From Candidatus Methanosuratincola verstraetei (lineage in GTDB: Archaea > Thermoproteota > Methanomethylicia > Methanomethylicales > Methanomethylicaceae), in the NCBI GenBank assembly GCA_049570475.1, contig CP186953.1, forward strand, positions 128,001 through 192,000: a DNA stretch of 64,000 bases, in the 5' to 3' direction. Below the pieces are notes generated by a model that was not told the DNA's origin, did no database searches, and was given only the letters and a program-made list of their open reading frames with translations. The position numbers were made by a program, and so were the translations under genes. Numbering within the stretch: the first letter of the stretch is position 1; every line of letters begins with the position of its first letter. Positions 39,302-49,280 of this stretch are shown piece by piece.

Positions 39302-39778
39302 ATGGAGGAATCTGAACTGCCCAAGAAAGGGATGCTCTTCTATGTCATAACAGAAGGCCTTAGGGCGCTCGTTGTTGGATCAGGCAAAATTGGCAGGAGG
39401 AAGATCTTCAAGCTCATCGAAGGCGGTGCGGAAGTCACAGTCGTGACAAAAGAAGATCCCAAGCTTCTCAATAGGGAGAAGCTGAAGGTCGTGATCGGGG
39501 ATGGGCTAGAGTACGCCGCTGAAAACATCGACAACTTTGACCTTGTAGTGGCGGCAACCAACGACCCAGCGATCAATTCGAAGATCTCTGACCTGGCAAG
39601 GAAGAAGGGGAAGCTTGTCAATTCGGTGACTTCGCCGGAGGAATGCAGCCTGATCTTCCCTGCCGTGATAGATTACGGCAAGTTCAAGCTGGGGATCACC
39701 ACAGGGGGCAGGGATCCTTCACTTTCAAAGAAAGTCAAGAAATTGCTCCAGAAAGCCTTGCGGGAAGGGGATTTCTGA
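39302..39778 (+). CDS. sirC: Precorrin-2 dehydrogenase (SirC/Met8-like)
   Basis: LVVGSGKIGRRK, LVVAATND...N, LVNSV, FPAV, GITTGG. Confidence 0.87.
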   Translation: MEESELPKKGMLFYVITEGLRALVVGSGKIGRRKIFKLIEGGAEVTVVTKEDPKLLNREKLKVVIGDGLEYAAENIDNFDLVVAATNDPAINSKISDLARKKGKLVNSVTSPEECSLIFPAVIDYGKFKLGITTGGRDPSLSKKVKKLLQKALREGDF

Positions 39779-39781
39779 GCC

Positions 39782-41143
39782 TCAACGGCGCGAGTATGCC
39801 CTGCATTCTTTCAGGAACTTCGCGGGCACGCCCGGGCAAGCCAGATAGTGGAGATGCGTGTACATCCCTATCGCATTATGGCATACGGCGCCATCCATGA
39901 GATCCCGTATACCCTTGCCCCTGAGAACCCTGAACGAAAGCTCGCTCGACAGGCCCTCAATGGACGAGTAATGGAACTCATGACCTCTCAATGCCGCCCC
40001 CTGGTCGGCTATTACGCTCGAGCGGGATGCTTCCAGTGCAACATAGCTCAGCGCTTTGGGTTTCTCGTGCATCACTACATCGCCATCGAAGACGCCCACC
40101 ATCTGCCTCTTTTCACCATTGCGCTCGATCGATCTACAGAGGTACATCAGCCCGCCACACTCGCCTATCGCAGGGAGCCCGTCCATAATCCTCTGCTTGA
40201 GCGAACGCCGCATCTGGTAATTCGCTTCGAGCTCTTTGGAGAATATCTCAGGATATCCACCGCCTATGAGCACCCCCGAGAGATCATCGCCTAACCCACG
40301 GTCAGATAGGCTGTCAACGACTGCGATCTCCGCGCCCATCTCCCTGAGTGCAGAAAGGTTCTCGTGATAATAGAAAGAGAAAGGCCCGTCCATGAAGACC
40401 CCAATCCTGACGCGCTCGCCTTCGAAGGGACGTGCTTCAGGCATGTAATCTATTGGCGGGGCCTGCTTGGCGATCTCGAGGATCCTCTCCAGATCAAGGC
40501 CCTCTTCCAACTGCTCTGCGGCGCTTTTTATCACCTCTAGCGCCTCAGGGAACTCATGGGAGGTCGTCAACCCCAGATGTCGCTTCTTTATTTCAAGGCG
40601 AGGGGATCTGGAAAGGGATCCAAGTATGGGTATCCCTGCGTAATGCGATATCGCACGCCTCAGCTTCTCCTCGTGCCGGGCATCGCTCACCTTGTTGAGG
40701 ATCACTCCAGCAATTTGGACTTGGTTGTCCATCGCCCTTAGCCCAATGAGCTGAGCTGCTGCGCTCCTAGTGAGGCTATGGCAGTTGAGGACAATGACCA
40801 CAGGGGACTTCAGGATTTTCGCAACATGTGCAGTGCTCCCCTCGTCCCCAACAGGCGATTCCCCCTCGTAGAGGCCTCTGACGCCCTCTATTACCGCCAA
40901 GTCCGATCCGATCGAGCCTGAAGCGAAGGACGAGACCACAGTCATCTCGTCCATTATCCACGAGTCAAGGTTCCTGCAGGGCCTGCCCGACGCAAGCCTG
41001 TGGTACATCGGATCTATGTAGTCGGGGCCTATCTTGAACGGCTGGACACGGTAGCCTTTAGCGCCCAGGATCCTGAGAAGGGCGGCAGTCACGATCGTCT
41101 TTCCTGAGTCGCTACCCCCTGCGGAGAGGACGATCCTAGGCAT
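39782..41143 (-). CDS. cfbB: Ni-sirohydrochlorin a,c-diamide synthase
   Basis: CbiA-family SDSGKT, FKIGPDYIDP, EGVRGLYEG, GECGG and GHEFHYS, inside the cfb operon. Confidence 0.85.
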   Translation of the reverse strand: MPRIVLSAGGSDSGKTIVTAALLRILGAKGYRVQPFKIGPDYIDPMYHRLASGRPCRNLDSWIMDEMTVVSSFASGSIGSDLAVIEGVRGLYEGESPVGDEGSTAHVAKILKSPVVIVLNCHSLTRSAAAQLIGLRAMDNQVQIAGVILNKVSDARHEEKLRRAISHYAGIPILGSLSRSPRLEIKKRHLGLTTSHEFPEALEVIKSAAEQLEEGLDLERILEIAKQAPPIDYMPEARPFEGERVRIGVFMDGPFSFYYHENLSALREMGAEIAVVDSLSDRGLGDDLSGVLIGGGYPEIFSKELEANYQMRRSLKQRIMDGLPAIGECGGLMYLCRSIERNGEKRQMVGVFDGDVVMHEKPKALSYVALEASRSSVIADQGAALRGHEFHYSSIEGLSSELSFRVLRGKGIRDLMDGAVCHNAIGMYTHLHYLACPGVPAKFLKECRAYSRR

Positions 41144-41921
41144 CTCCAACGAAGATAGCCTCCAGATCCTCGGCAGGTATCCACTTGGGGATTACGGAGA
41201 ATCGGCTCTTGTAAACCGAGTCCGCGAGCGAGATCATGGCTGCAGAGGCGGCTGAAGACGGGTCTGTCTCGATCATCGTCCTTCTCGCCCTGTCAGCGTT
41301 CTTTATCTCATCGGAAAGCGGCACCGATCCCAGAATCGGCAAGCCGACCTTTTCCGAGAAGGCCTCAACATATGCCCTCCCCCTCTCCGAAGCCCTGTTG
41401 TACAGAAGGCCGCCGACCTTAGCGCCTATGGAAGTGAAGCCCCTGCAGAGATTGTTTGCGGCATAGAGCGACATGAACTCGTCGGAAGTCACTACTAGAG
41501 CGCTCTCGGCATAACCTTCCTTGACTACCACGGCGAGCCCCCCGCAAACTATGTCGGCAGGCACGTCGAAAATCACAAGGTCGAATTCTTCCAGATCCAA
41601 CGCTTCGATCAAATACCTGATCCCGATGATTAGGCCTCGCCCAGCGCACCCAACCCCGGGCTCCGGGCCGCCTATCTCAACGCAGGACACTCCATTGAAG
41701 CCGACCATGGTGAAACGCTCTGGCGGCGGCCTCTTCTCTTCCCTCATTACCTCGAGCAGAGGCTGGATGCGCCTGCCGAGAAGGTTTATGGTAGAGTCTG
41801 CCTTAGGGTCGCAGCCGACCAATAGGGTTTTTACCCCTCTGCCCCCCAAGGCTGCAGCAATGTTTGATGCCAGCGTGGATTTGCCGATGCCGCCCTTCCC
41901 GTAGAGTGCAAGTGCCCTCAT
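41136..41921 (-). CDS. cfbC: Ni-sirohydrochlorin a,c-diamide reductive cyclase, ATP-dependent reductase (NifH-like)
   Basis: YGKGGIGKST, GCDPKADST, GGPEPGVGCAGRG and DIVCGG, adjacent to cfbD. Confidence 0.9.
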   Translation of the reverse strand: MRALALYGKGGIGKSTLASNIAAALGGRGVKTLLVGCDPKADSTINLLGRRIQPLLEVMREEKRPPPERFTMVGFNGVSCVEIGGPEPGVGCAGRGLIIGIRYLIEALDLEEFDLVIFDVPADIVCGGLAVVVKEGYAESALVVTSDEFMSLYAANNLCRGFTSIGAKVGGLLYNRASERGRAYVEAFSEKVGLPILGSVPLSDEIKNADRARRTMIETDPSSAASAAMISLADSVYKSRFSVIPKWIPAEDLEAIFVGDA

Positions 41922-43000
41922 GCGCGTATGCCCTCCCTGATCGCCTGACCGAGCAGGGATCTCCGTATCTGCTTGTTCCGACCAAGGGATACCTGGTGGG
42001 CGTCGCGCTCGCCTACTACATAGTCATAGCCCAATGACTTCAGGTTGGATACAGCCCTGGACCCTACGCTCACCGCAACTGTCCTGACCGCCCTCTCCAC
42101 CGCCACAGCATGAGGTATGCCGGATATCACTGCCAGGTCTGGCGGGGAATTGAGGATAATCTGCTTAGCCTTCTCGCCTGAGGCAGGGTACTCATCGATC
42201 CCCCCAGTTATCGCGTCAACTGCCACCCCGGCATCCGAAAAACTGCCCAAGATCTGCCTCGAGTACAACCTGACCCTGGGCAGCCCCACAGATGGATCTA
42301 GGTTTGCCAAGACCTGCACCTTGCCCCCTAGCCTTCGTGACGCCTCGCAAATGGCGAGCGTCACATCAGCATACAGGAAGGCAGTCTCCTTCTTGGCGTT
42401 GAGTACGCATGCCACTTTCCCCCCTGACGCCAGGACGCCCAAAATGGCACGGGCCACTTCTTTAGGAGGATCCCCAACGCAGGTATCGATGTATTCCCCC
42501 CTGGCTGTGCCCCTAGCCTGCTCAAGCTGGGTAGCCATCTCGAGCATCCGCTTCTGCCGCTCGAACTCCTCACGGGGAATCAGCCCCATTGACATCGCCT
42601 CCCTGAGGACCACTATTGCACCCACAGTGTTGTCTCCAGAACCGCTGTGCACGTCGCAGCAGATCGTCTTGTCAAGGAGCCCGGCTTCTCTTGCTGCCTT
42701 CTTGAGATCCTCACCTATTATCATGCTGGCGCAGCTGCCAACAAGGCCTATGAGCCTTGGCTTGAAAAGCTCGTCGACGCGCTTCAGCACCCTAGACAGC
42801 TTCCCCTCGCTGCCGAAGACGAAATCGTCCTCGAGAAGCGCGCTTGTGACGACCCTCACCCCATCCCTCTCGAGCAGCCTGGCTGGCCTGAAACAGCACC
42901 CCGAAGGGCCATGTAAGACTATCACGTCCACATCAAGATCCCGCAGCGTGTACATGGCAGCGGCTATCGGGCTCGGCCTCGGGTGCATTATAACGGACAT
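41918..43000 (-). CDS. cfbD: Ni-sirohydrochlorin a,c-diamide reductive cyclase, catalytic subunit (NifD-like)
   Basis: HPRPSPIAAAMYTLRDL, HGPSGCCFR, GSCASMIIGED, NAKKET. Confidence 0.92.
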   Translation of the reverse strand: MSVIMHPRPSPIAAAMYTLRDLDVDVIVLHGPSGCCFRPARLLERDGVRVVTSALLEDDFVFGSEGKLSRVLKRVDELFKPRLIGLVGSCASMIIGEDLKKAAREAGLLDKTICCDVHSGSGDNTVGAIVVLREAMSMGLIPREEFERQKRMLEMATQLEQARGTARGEYIDTCVGDPPKEVARAILGVLASGGKVACVLNAKKETAFLYADVTLAICEASRRLGGKVQVLANLDPSVGLPRVRLYSRQILGSFSDAGVAVDAITGGIDEYPASGEKAKQIILNSPPDLAVISGIPHAVAVERAVRTVAVSVGSRAVSNLKSLGYDYVVGERDAHQVSLGRNKQIRRSLLGQAIREGIRA

Positions 43001-43001
43001 C

Positions 43002-44285
43002 TTAAGCACGCTCCAGAATCAATGAAGGCACATCCCCCGCATGACTCGCCCCCTCGAGGCGCTCCGCGTCAATGAATTTCGAGAGAGCGTCGCCAAATTC
43101 GCCGAAGAGAAAAACTTCCCTGAACGGGCTAGATCGTATTACCCTTGCGACCTCTTCTGCGTCAAGCGAGCCGCAAGTAGTCTTCAGCTTCCCGCCGATT
43201 ATCAGCCTGATGGGCGGGTATATCTCCAAATAATCCCTGATAGATGCCTCGATAGACTTTGCGCCTACAGACGGGCTCCTGTTCAGCACACGGGGAGGAT
43301 CGGGGCACTCCAAGACCATCTTCTTCTCAAAGGGCTCGGCACCAAACATTACATCACTTTCATCCCAGTTGAAGTATGAAGAGATTGCGACTGCCACAAG
43401 CATATTCTCGAGGTGCTGCCTGCCTACTGGGCCTGGGGCGCTTATGACCCGCCTGGCGCCGCTTACGGGCCCAACCATGGTCCCGAATCCCTCAAAAACC
43501 GCCGTGAATCCTATCCCAGAAGCACCCACTCTCGCACCCTCTGCCCGCACTTCCGAAGCAGAGCCTTTAGGAGAAAATCGTTGGACCCCAGTCAGACCAG
43601 AAAGCTTGCTGTCGTCAGCATTCACCAATACTGTGGACCCATCCTTCCTGTCCAAAACCATCGAAATCTTTGCTCTTGAGGCGGAAGATGTCCCTTTTGC
43701 GATTGGATAATCATCATAAACATTTTTGATTATGCCAAGATCTGCGAGCCCGGTCCCGCCTAAGGAGACTTCGAAGATCGCCAAGTCTGGCCTTTCGGGC
43801 GCAAGCCTCAGCGCCCTGATTATGTTTGCTGGCGTTGCGCTTGTGTTGCCGGCGAGAATCTCTCTGCCTGCGTCGCTGTCGAAGCATATGCCCTTGCTCG
43901 TGATGCTTAGTACCGAGAATCGCTCTCTCAGCATTGAAATGGCGCATAGCACGGAGGTCGTCTTCCCGAAGCTCCCGGTGATTTCAGCCACAGGGAATTT
44001 TATCAGGTCCGAGGCGAGCACCCTCACAGCCTGGTGGTGGGTGATCAGCCTATCCTCTACCCCACGGAATGGCTCTGAAGGGAAGTGGACAGGCTTGACA
44101 ATCAGGTCGAACTGCGACGGGTCAGGGAGCGCCCTCTCAACCCTGAAATTCCTTGAGCACCGCTCCAGATCCTCCTTGGACATGGTCCTGTGGACGTCCA
44201 CTAAAGTGACCTCATCACCCCTTCCCCTAAACTCCTCTGAGAGGGTGATCCCCCCATGGGTGGCATCCACGACCATTACTTTCAA
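43002..44285 (-). CDS. cfbE: Coenzyme F430 synthase (Mur-ligase-like)
   Basis: VDATHGG, PVH, THHQAV, EITGSFGKTT, TPANI, FEVSLGGTG, DYPIAKG...K. Confidence 0.88.
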   Translation of the reverse strand: MKVMVVDATHGGITLSEEFRGRGDEVTLVDVHRTMSKEDLERCSRNFRVERALPDPSQFDLIVKPVHFPSEPFRGVEDRLITHHQAVRVLASDLIKFPVAEITGSFGKTTSVLCAISMLRERFSVLSITSKGICFDSDAGREILAGNTSATPANIIRALRLAPERPDLAIFEVSLGGTGLADLGIIKNVYDDYPIAKGTSSASRAKISMVLDRKDGSTVLVNADDSKLSGLTGVQRFSPKGSASEVRAEGARVGASGIGFTAVFEGFGTMVGPVSGARRVISAPGPVGRQHLENMLVAVAISSYFNWDESDVMFGAEPFEKKMVLECPDPPRVLNRSPSVGAKSIEASIRDYLEIYPPIRLIIGGKLKTTCGSLDAEEVARVIRSSPFREVFLFGEFGDALSKFIDAERLEGASHAGDVPSLILERA

Positions 44286-44686
44286 CGCTCAACCCCCGCA
44301 GCCTCAGCTATCCTGTCTTTGAGTATACCCAGTATCCGCTCGTCCTTGCCCAGCGGGGCGCCGTATTTGACCAAGATCTCCCTGCCAGAAACCACGATCT
44401 TCCCGATCCTTGAGCCTTTTGGTATCCCCAAGAGTGCAGGGATGTCTTGGTCGATATGCACCCCCCGAGTCAGGAAGACGGGCTGCACAATCAGCTCTTC
44501 GACTCCGGACTTTGCAGCTGCTTCAAGGGCTTCTGGGATCGACGGATCGCACATCTCCATGAATGCATAGCCAACGAACCCGTATTCCCCCATAAGCCGC
44601 TCTGCAAAATACCTGACCGCTTCCTTGTTGTACGGCTCTCTGCTTCCATGCCCTACCAAGATTACACCTGTTCTTTTCGGATTCAT
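44282..44686 (-). CDS. cfbA: Sirohydrochlorin nickelochelatase (short CbiX)
   Basis: LVGHGS, FMEMCDPSI, PVFLTRGVHIDQDIP and PLG, inside the cfb operon. Confidence 0.87.
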   Translation of the reverse strand: MNPKRTGVILVGHGSREPYNKEAVRYFAERLMGEYGFVGYAFMEMCDPSIPEALEAAAKSGVEELIVQPVFLTRGVHIDQDIPALLGIPKGSRIGKIVVSGREILVKYGAPLGKDERILGILKDRIAEAAGVER

Positions 44687-45438
44687 GTCTGATCACCTTT
44701 AAGGTATGAAACAAGCCCATTGATCGAGTGGATCCCCAGCACCGCGGCATCGATCCCTGCTGACTTGAGACCCCTCGCAGTCTCAGGACCAATCGCAATT
44801 ACCTTGACCCTCTTCAGGGCACCTATCGCCTCAAGCTCTCTGCCGCAGGAGCGGAGGTAATCGACCAGCATCAGAATAGATGACCGGCTGGTGAAGACTG
44901 CTGCCTCGACCCCTTTCTCGAGCGTATGCAGGAAAAGGTTTATGCCTTCGACATCAGGCTGCGCTGTGTAAATCCTCAACTCTTCAGAGCTGATGCCTTG
45001 GCTATTTAGCTTTTCAGAAAACCAAGAGTCTGCAAGTGCGCTTCTTGGCACTACCATTTTCCTGAACGGGGCCTTTGAATTCTCTGCTGCAATCAGATCG
45101 GCGAGGGATGCGCTCGTGTATTCCCTAGGAACCCCTGATACTCTTATGCCGCGCGATTCCAAGGAACCCGCCGTTGAAGGGCCAACCGCGTATACCCGCA
45201 TTGCAGAGAGCGACTTCACTAGCATTGCGTCGGGGGAAATGAGATCGATAGCCCTCGGACTCATGAAAGCTGCAGAGTCATAACTCCCCTCGATGATCCG
45301 GCCCCTCAGCGCCCTGACAGCGTCGGGATCGGGGGCTATCCTAACTGTGCTGGCCCTGACAGGATCGTATCCCAGATCCCTTAATGGGGAGGGATCGAAG
45401 TGCGAAATGGAGGTTATCAGAATCCTCTTTTTGGTCAA
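44683..45438 (-). CDS. hemD: Uroporphyrinogen-III synthase
   Basis: FMSPRA, AVGPST, PREYTSASL, VFTSRSS, IAIGPETA. Confidence 0.85.
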   Translation of the reverse strand: MTKKRILITSISHFDPSPLRDLGYDPVRASTVRIAPDPDAVRALRGRIIEGSYDSAAFMSPRAIDLISPDAMLVKSLSAMRVYAVGPSTAGSLESRGIRVSGVPREYTSASLADLIAAENSKAPFRKMVVPRSALADSWFSEKLNSQGISSEELRIYTAQPDVEGINLFLHTLEKGVEAAVFTSRSSILMLVDYLRSCGRELEAIGALKRVKVIAIGPETARGLKSAGIDAAVLGIHSINGLVSYLKGDQT

Positions 45439-46145
45439 TGCATGAATGCCTCCACAACCTCGCCTATTACCACAACCCCGGGGCCATCGCGCCTGTCTTC
45501 CCGTCCGATAAGCTCCCCTAGCCTGTAGAATTCCTTCCGCAGCCCGCCCGAGCTGGTTATTATTGCAACAGGCCTCTCCGGGCTCATCCCGCCCTCAACC
45601 AAATACCTGGAGATCCTAGAGAGGCTTGACATCGACATCAGGAGGACGACTGTCCCAGGGAAGCGCGCATGAGCCTTGAAATAAGCCTCCTCTTCGGGCT
45701 TCGCAAGGTGGCCTGTCAAGATCAGCACAGAGGAGGAGATGTCCCGCATAGTCAAAGGGATGCATGCCAGAGTAGGCAGGGCCACTGCCGACGTCAGGCC
45801 CGGCACGACCTCAGCATCTATGCCAGCCTCACGAAGAGAGATCAGCTCCTCGCCACCCCTTCCGAATACGAACGGGTCGCCGCTCTTTAGCCTGACCACA
45901 ATCTTTCCTGACCTAGCATAGCACACCATCATCTCAGTCAATTCCTTTTGTTTCTGCGGACCATCGCCTGGCTCCTTCCCTGCGTAAACGATCTCGGCGC
46001 CAGGCTTGGCAAGCTTAAGGAGGGACGAGTCCACCAGCCGATCATAGAGGATCACATCTGCCTCGGAGATGAGGCGGTGTGCGCGCATCGTAAGGTTCTC
46101 CACCCCAAGCACGCCAGCCCCGACAAGGTAGACTTTTCCCTTCAT
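45435..46145 (-). CDS. cobA: Uroporphyrinogen-III C-methyltransferase (SUMT/SirA)
   Basis: VYLVGAG, ADVILYDRLV, VRLKSGDPFVFGRGGEE, VVPGLTS. Confidence 0.92.
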   Translation of the reverse strand: MKGKVYLVGAGVLGVENLTMRAHRLISEADVILYDRLVDSSLLKLAKPGAEIVYAGKEPGDGPQKQKELTEMMVCYARSGKIVVRLKSGDPFVFGRGGEELISLREAGIDAEVVPGLTSAVALPTLACIPLTMRDISSSVLILTGHLAKPEEEAYFKAHARFPGTVVLLMSMSSLSRISRYLVEGGMSPERPVAIITSSGGLRKEFYRLGELIGREDRRDGPGVVVIGEVVEAFMH

Positions 46146-47053
46146 CGCCCTCCCCTCCAGAAGCGGGCTACATCGCAGTCGCTCAGCACCCTATCGGCAG
46201 CATCAATGCCACACAGCTCAGGGTCCCCCCTAGGGAAATCAAATTTGAACGTCCTCGACCAAGCGCCGTCGATCGAGTAAAGGCCGCACGAGATGATCAA
46301 CCTGGGCCCTGAAACAGTGGCTGTGCAACCAACAGGAGAAGAGCAGCCGCAGCCAAGCCTCCTCAAAAATGCCCTCTCTGCTACAACTTCTTCCATAGAA
46401 TCTTCGGAGTTTATTTTGGATACAAGTTCAAGCATCCTCGAATCACCTTTCCTGGCAATGACAGCCAGAGCCCCCTGCCCTGGGCTTGTGGGGATCAGAT
46501 CGGTCGGGAGGCGTTCCATCTTCACGTCCATTATCCCCATCCTGGCTAGGGCAGCCTCCGCGACAATTATCCCCTGGAACGCACCCTCCTTAAGGCGCCT
46601 GATTCGCGTGTCGACATTTCCCCTGAGGCTAGCGACTTGCAGGTCTCGCCTTAAGGACTTTATCTGCGCGGCTCTCCTCGGGCTGCTGGTCCCCACGATC
46701 CCTCCCTCAGGCAGGGATGCGATGCTTTCGTAATCATGAGAGGCGAATACATCGTTCGGAGACAGCCTCTGGGGGATCGCTGCAACGACCAAGCCATCAT
46801 GTATCGAGGTCGGCACATCCTTCATGCTGTGAACCGCCAAGTCAACCTCGCCCCTCAGTAGTGCCTCGTCGACCTCTTTCTCGAATATCCCAGTTCCGAG
46901 TTTTTGCAGTCTCGAAGGACCGCCAATGTCGCCAGACGTCCTTATCTTGACTATCGACAAATCTTCATCGCAGATCTCCCTGAGCCTGCCCAAGACATAT
47001 TCTGCCTGCAATATTGCGAGCTTGGACCCGCGCGTCCCAACCCTTACGGTCAT
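46142..47053 (-). CDS. hemC: Hydroxymethylbilane synthase
   Basis: GTRGSKLA, AVHSMKDVPT, GTSSPRR, LRGNVDTR, GQGAL, GCSSPVG. Confidence 0.95.
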   Translation of the reverse strand: MTVRVGTRGSKLAILQAEYVLGRLREICDEDLSIVKIRTSGDIGGPSRLQKLGTGIFEKEVDEALLRGEVDLAVHSMKDVPTSIHDGLVVAAIPQRLSPNDVFASHDYESIASLPEGGIVGTSSPRRAAQIKSLRRDLQVASLRGNVDTRIRRLKEGAFQGIIVAEAALARMGIMDVKMERLPTDLIPTSPGQGALAVIARKGDSRMLELVSKINSEDSMEEVVAERAFLRRLGCGCSSPVGCTATVSGPRLIISCGLYSIDGAWSRTFKFDFPRGDPELCGIDAADRVLSDCDVARFWRGGR

Positions 47054-48312
47054 GGCAAGGTCCCTCCAGACTTGATTGCTTTAACAGACTTGGACAGCGC
47101 ATCGAGTGTCGCTGAGATGTCGTCAACAGAGTGTGCCGCCGACAGGAAGCAGCACTCGAACTGCGAAGGGGGGAAGTAAACTCCGTTCTCCAGCAGTGCG
47201 CTGTGGAGCTGGCTGAACAGGCCTGATCTTGCACGCTTTGCACTCGCCTTGTCCTTAACCGGCTGGTCCGTCAGGAAGACGGTGAATATTGATCCCAGCT
47301 TGTTGATCCGGAAGTCGAACCCTTCGTCTTCCAGGATGTCCCCGATGCCTGAGCATAGCCCATCAGTCTTTTTGGACAAGCTGGAATAAACGTTGCCATC
47401 AAGCATCCTCAGAACGCTTAGCCCGGCGACCATTGTGACAGGGTTCCCGTTGAAAGTCCCGGCATTGTAAACTTTCCCCTGGGGGGCGACCAGCTCCATT
47501 ATCTCCTTCCTCCCTCCGAAAGCCCCAACAGGGAAACCCCCGCCCAGCACCTTCCCGAGTGTAGTCAGGTCGGGAAAAACGCCAAAGAGCTGCTGTGCTC
47601 CACCTTTCGCTAGCCGGAATCCGGTTATCACTTCATCGAATATCAGGACCGCGCCGGCAGCAGTGCATGCCTTCCTTAGCTCCCTAAGGAAACCCTCCTC
47701 AGGGATCACAAGCCCAACGTTTCCCATCACCGGTTCCACTATCACCCCTGCGACATCTTCGTTGATCATGTCAAGCGAGCTTATGTCGTTGAAGGGGATC
47801 ACTGCAGTCTCTCCCACAACCGCCTCGGTGATCCCTTCAGAGAGGGCGCGCCTTTCGGGGCCTATGCCATCCACGAGCAAAGGATCGACCGCGCCGTGGT
47901 AACATCCGTCGAACTTTATGATCCTACTCCTCTTTGTGAATGCCCTGGCGAGCCTTATTGCGCTCATGGCAGCCTCCCCCCCGGAGTTGACGAACCGAAC
48001 CATCGAGATCGAAGGGACGGAACGGACCACTTCCTCTGCAAGCTCCACCTCTGCATGGTGGGGGGTGCCGTAGACGCTGCCCTCTTGCACCTGCCTGGCG
48101 ACCGCTTCAGCCAAGAATCCGGGCGCATGCCCGAATATCAATGGACCGTAAGCAAGGCAGTAGTCAATAAGCGACTTCCCGTCCTCTGTGAAGATCCTTG
48201 AGCCCTTGGCCCTGGACGTAAAGAATGGGAAGGGCGCAAAGCGCCTGACTGGGCTGTCCACGCCGCCAGGCATGACCGAGGTAGCTCGCCTGAATAGAGT
48301 CTCGGACTTCAA
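47050..48312 (-). CDS. hemL: Glutamate-1-semialdehyde 2,1-aminomutase
   Basis: MPGGVDSPVR, GCYHG, FDEVITGFR, TTLGKVLGGG, AGTFNGNP, PSQFE. Confidence 0.95.
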   Translation of the reverse strand: MKSETLFRRATSVMPGGVDSPVRRFAPFPFFTSRAKGSRIFTEDGKSLIDYCLAYGPLIFGHAPGFLAEAVARQVQEGSVYGTPHHAEVELAEEVVRSVPSISMVRFVNSGGEAAMSAIRLARAFTKRSRIIKFDGCYHGAVDPLLVDGIGPERRALSEGITEAVVGETAVIPFNDISSLDMINEDVAGVIVEPVMGNVGLVIPEEGFLRELRKACTAAGAVLIFDEVITGFRLAKGGAQQLFGVFPDLTTLGKVLGGGFPVGAFGGRKEIMELVAPQGKVYNAGTFNGNPVTMVAGLSVLRMLDGNVYSSLSKKTDGLCSGIGDILEDEGFDFRINKLGSIFTVFLTDQPVKDKASAKRARSGLFSQLHSALLENGVYFPPSQFECCFLSAAHSVDDISATLDALSKSVKAIKSGGTLP

Positions 48313-49280
48313 TCCCAGACCTCCCTAAGATAGGCAATCGTTTGGGGGGCGAAGTAGGTGATGATCATGTCGGCACCCGCCCTCCTTATTGAGCGGAGCA
48401 TCTCGAGAACAACGCGGGCTTCAGATACGCCTGCTGCGTCGGAGTAGGCCTTGATCATCGCGTACTCCCCGCTCACCTGGTATGCGGCTATCGGGCAAAG
48501 CAACCTTTTCCGCAAATCCCTGATTACGTCTAGGTTTGTTATGGCAGGCTTTACCATGACGATATCCGCCCCCTCCCTTATGTCCTCTAATGCTTCGGCT
48601 ATTGCCTCACGCCTGTTCCGTATGTCCATCTGGTAAGCCGACCTGTCTCCAAAAGAAGGCGCCGAGGAAGCGACATCCCTGAATGGCGCATAGAGGGAGG
48701 AGCAGTACTTCGCCGAGTATGACATGATTGCGACCGAATCGTAGCCAGAGGCGTCCAGCGCAGCCCTTATGGACGCGACCTGCCCGTCAGCCATGGCCGA
48801 GGGAGCGACGACATCTGCTCCAGCTTCTGCATGGCTGACAGCTATCTTTGATAGCGCGCTTAGGGTCTTTTCCCTGCTTATCGATTCCCCCTCGAGGATG
48901 CCGCAATGACCATGGTCAGTGTACTGGCAGAGGCATACATCAGTCAGGACGGCGATCTCTGGGAAAGAGCCCTTTGCCGCCCTTATTGCCTGCTGAACCA
49001 CACCCTCTGCGGCGTAGGCTGAAGATCCAGACGGATCCTTCGAGCACGGCAGGCCGAACATCAGAACAGATCGGATTCCCGCATCCGCCAACGGTTCGAG
49101 ATAACTCACAAGGGCCTTGAGAGGGACCTTCTCCATCCCGCCCCAGCGAGATCTCTCGATCTCTCCGCTCTCCTTCACGAATACAGGCATTATGAACTTG
49201 CTGGGATTGAGATCAGACTCGCATGCGAGATCCCTTAGAACGTAGCTCTTCCTCAGCCTTGAAGTAATTCTAGCATCCAC
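48309..49280 (-). CDS. hemB: Porphobilinogen synthase (Zn-type)
   Basis: DVCLCQYTDHGHCG, APSAMADG, MSYSAKY, MVKPA, YQVSGEYAM. Confidence 0.95.
   Translation of the reverse strand: MDARITSRLRKSYVLRDLACESDLNPSKFIMPVFVKESGEIERSRWGGMEKVPLKALVSYLEPLADAGIRSVLMFGLPCSKDPSGSSAYAAEGVVQQAIRAAKGSFPEIAVLTDVCLCQYTDHGHCGILEGESISREKTLSALSKIAVSHAEAGADVVAPSAMADGQVASIRAALDASGYDSVAIMSYSAKYCSSLYAPFRDVASSAPSFGDRSAYQMDIRNRREAIAEALEDIREGADIVMVKPAITNLDVIRDLRKRLLCPIAAYQVSGEYAMIKAYSDAAGVSEARVVLEMLRSIRRAGADMIITYFAPQTIAYLREVWD

Noticed and set aside
41136-43000. nifH/nifD-like pair read as nitrogenase
   Set aside because: There is no nifK, nifE, nifN or nifB. The NifD-like protein is short and has the HPRPS motif of CfbD, and it is flanked by cfbA/B/E.
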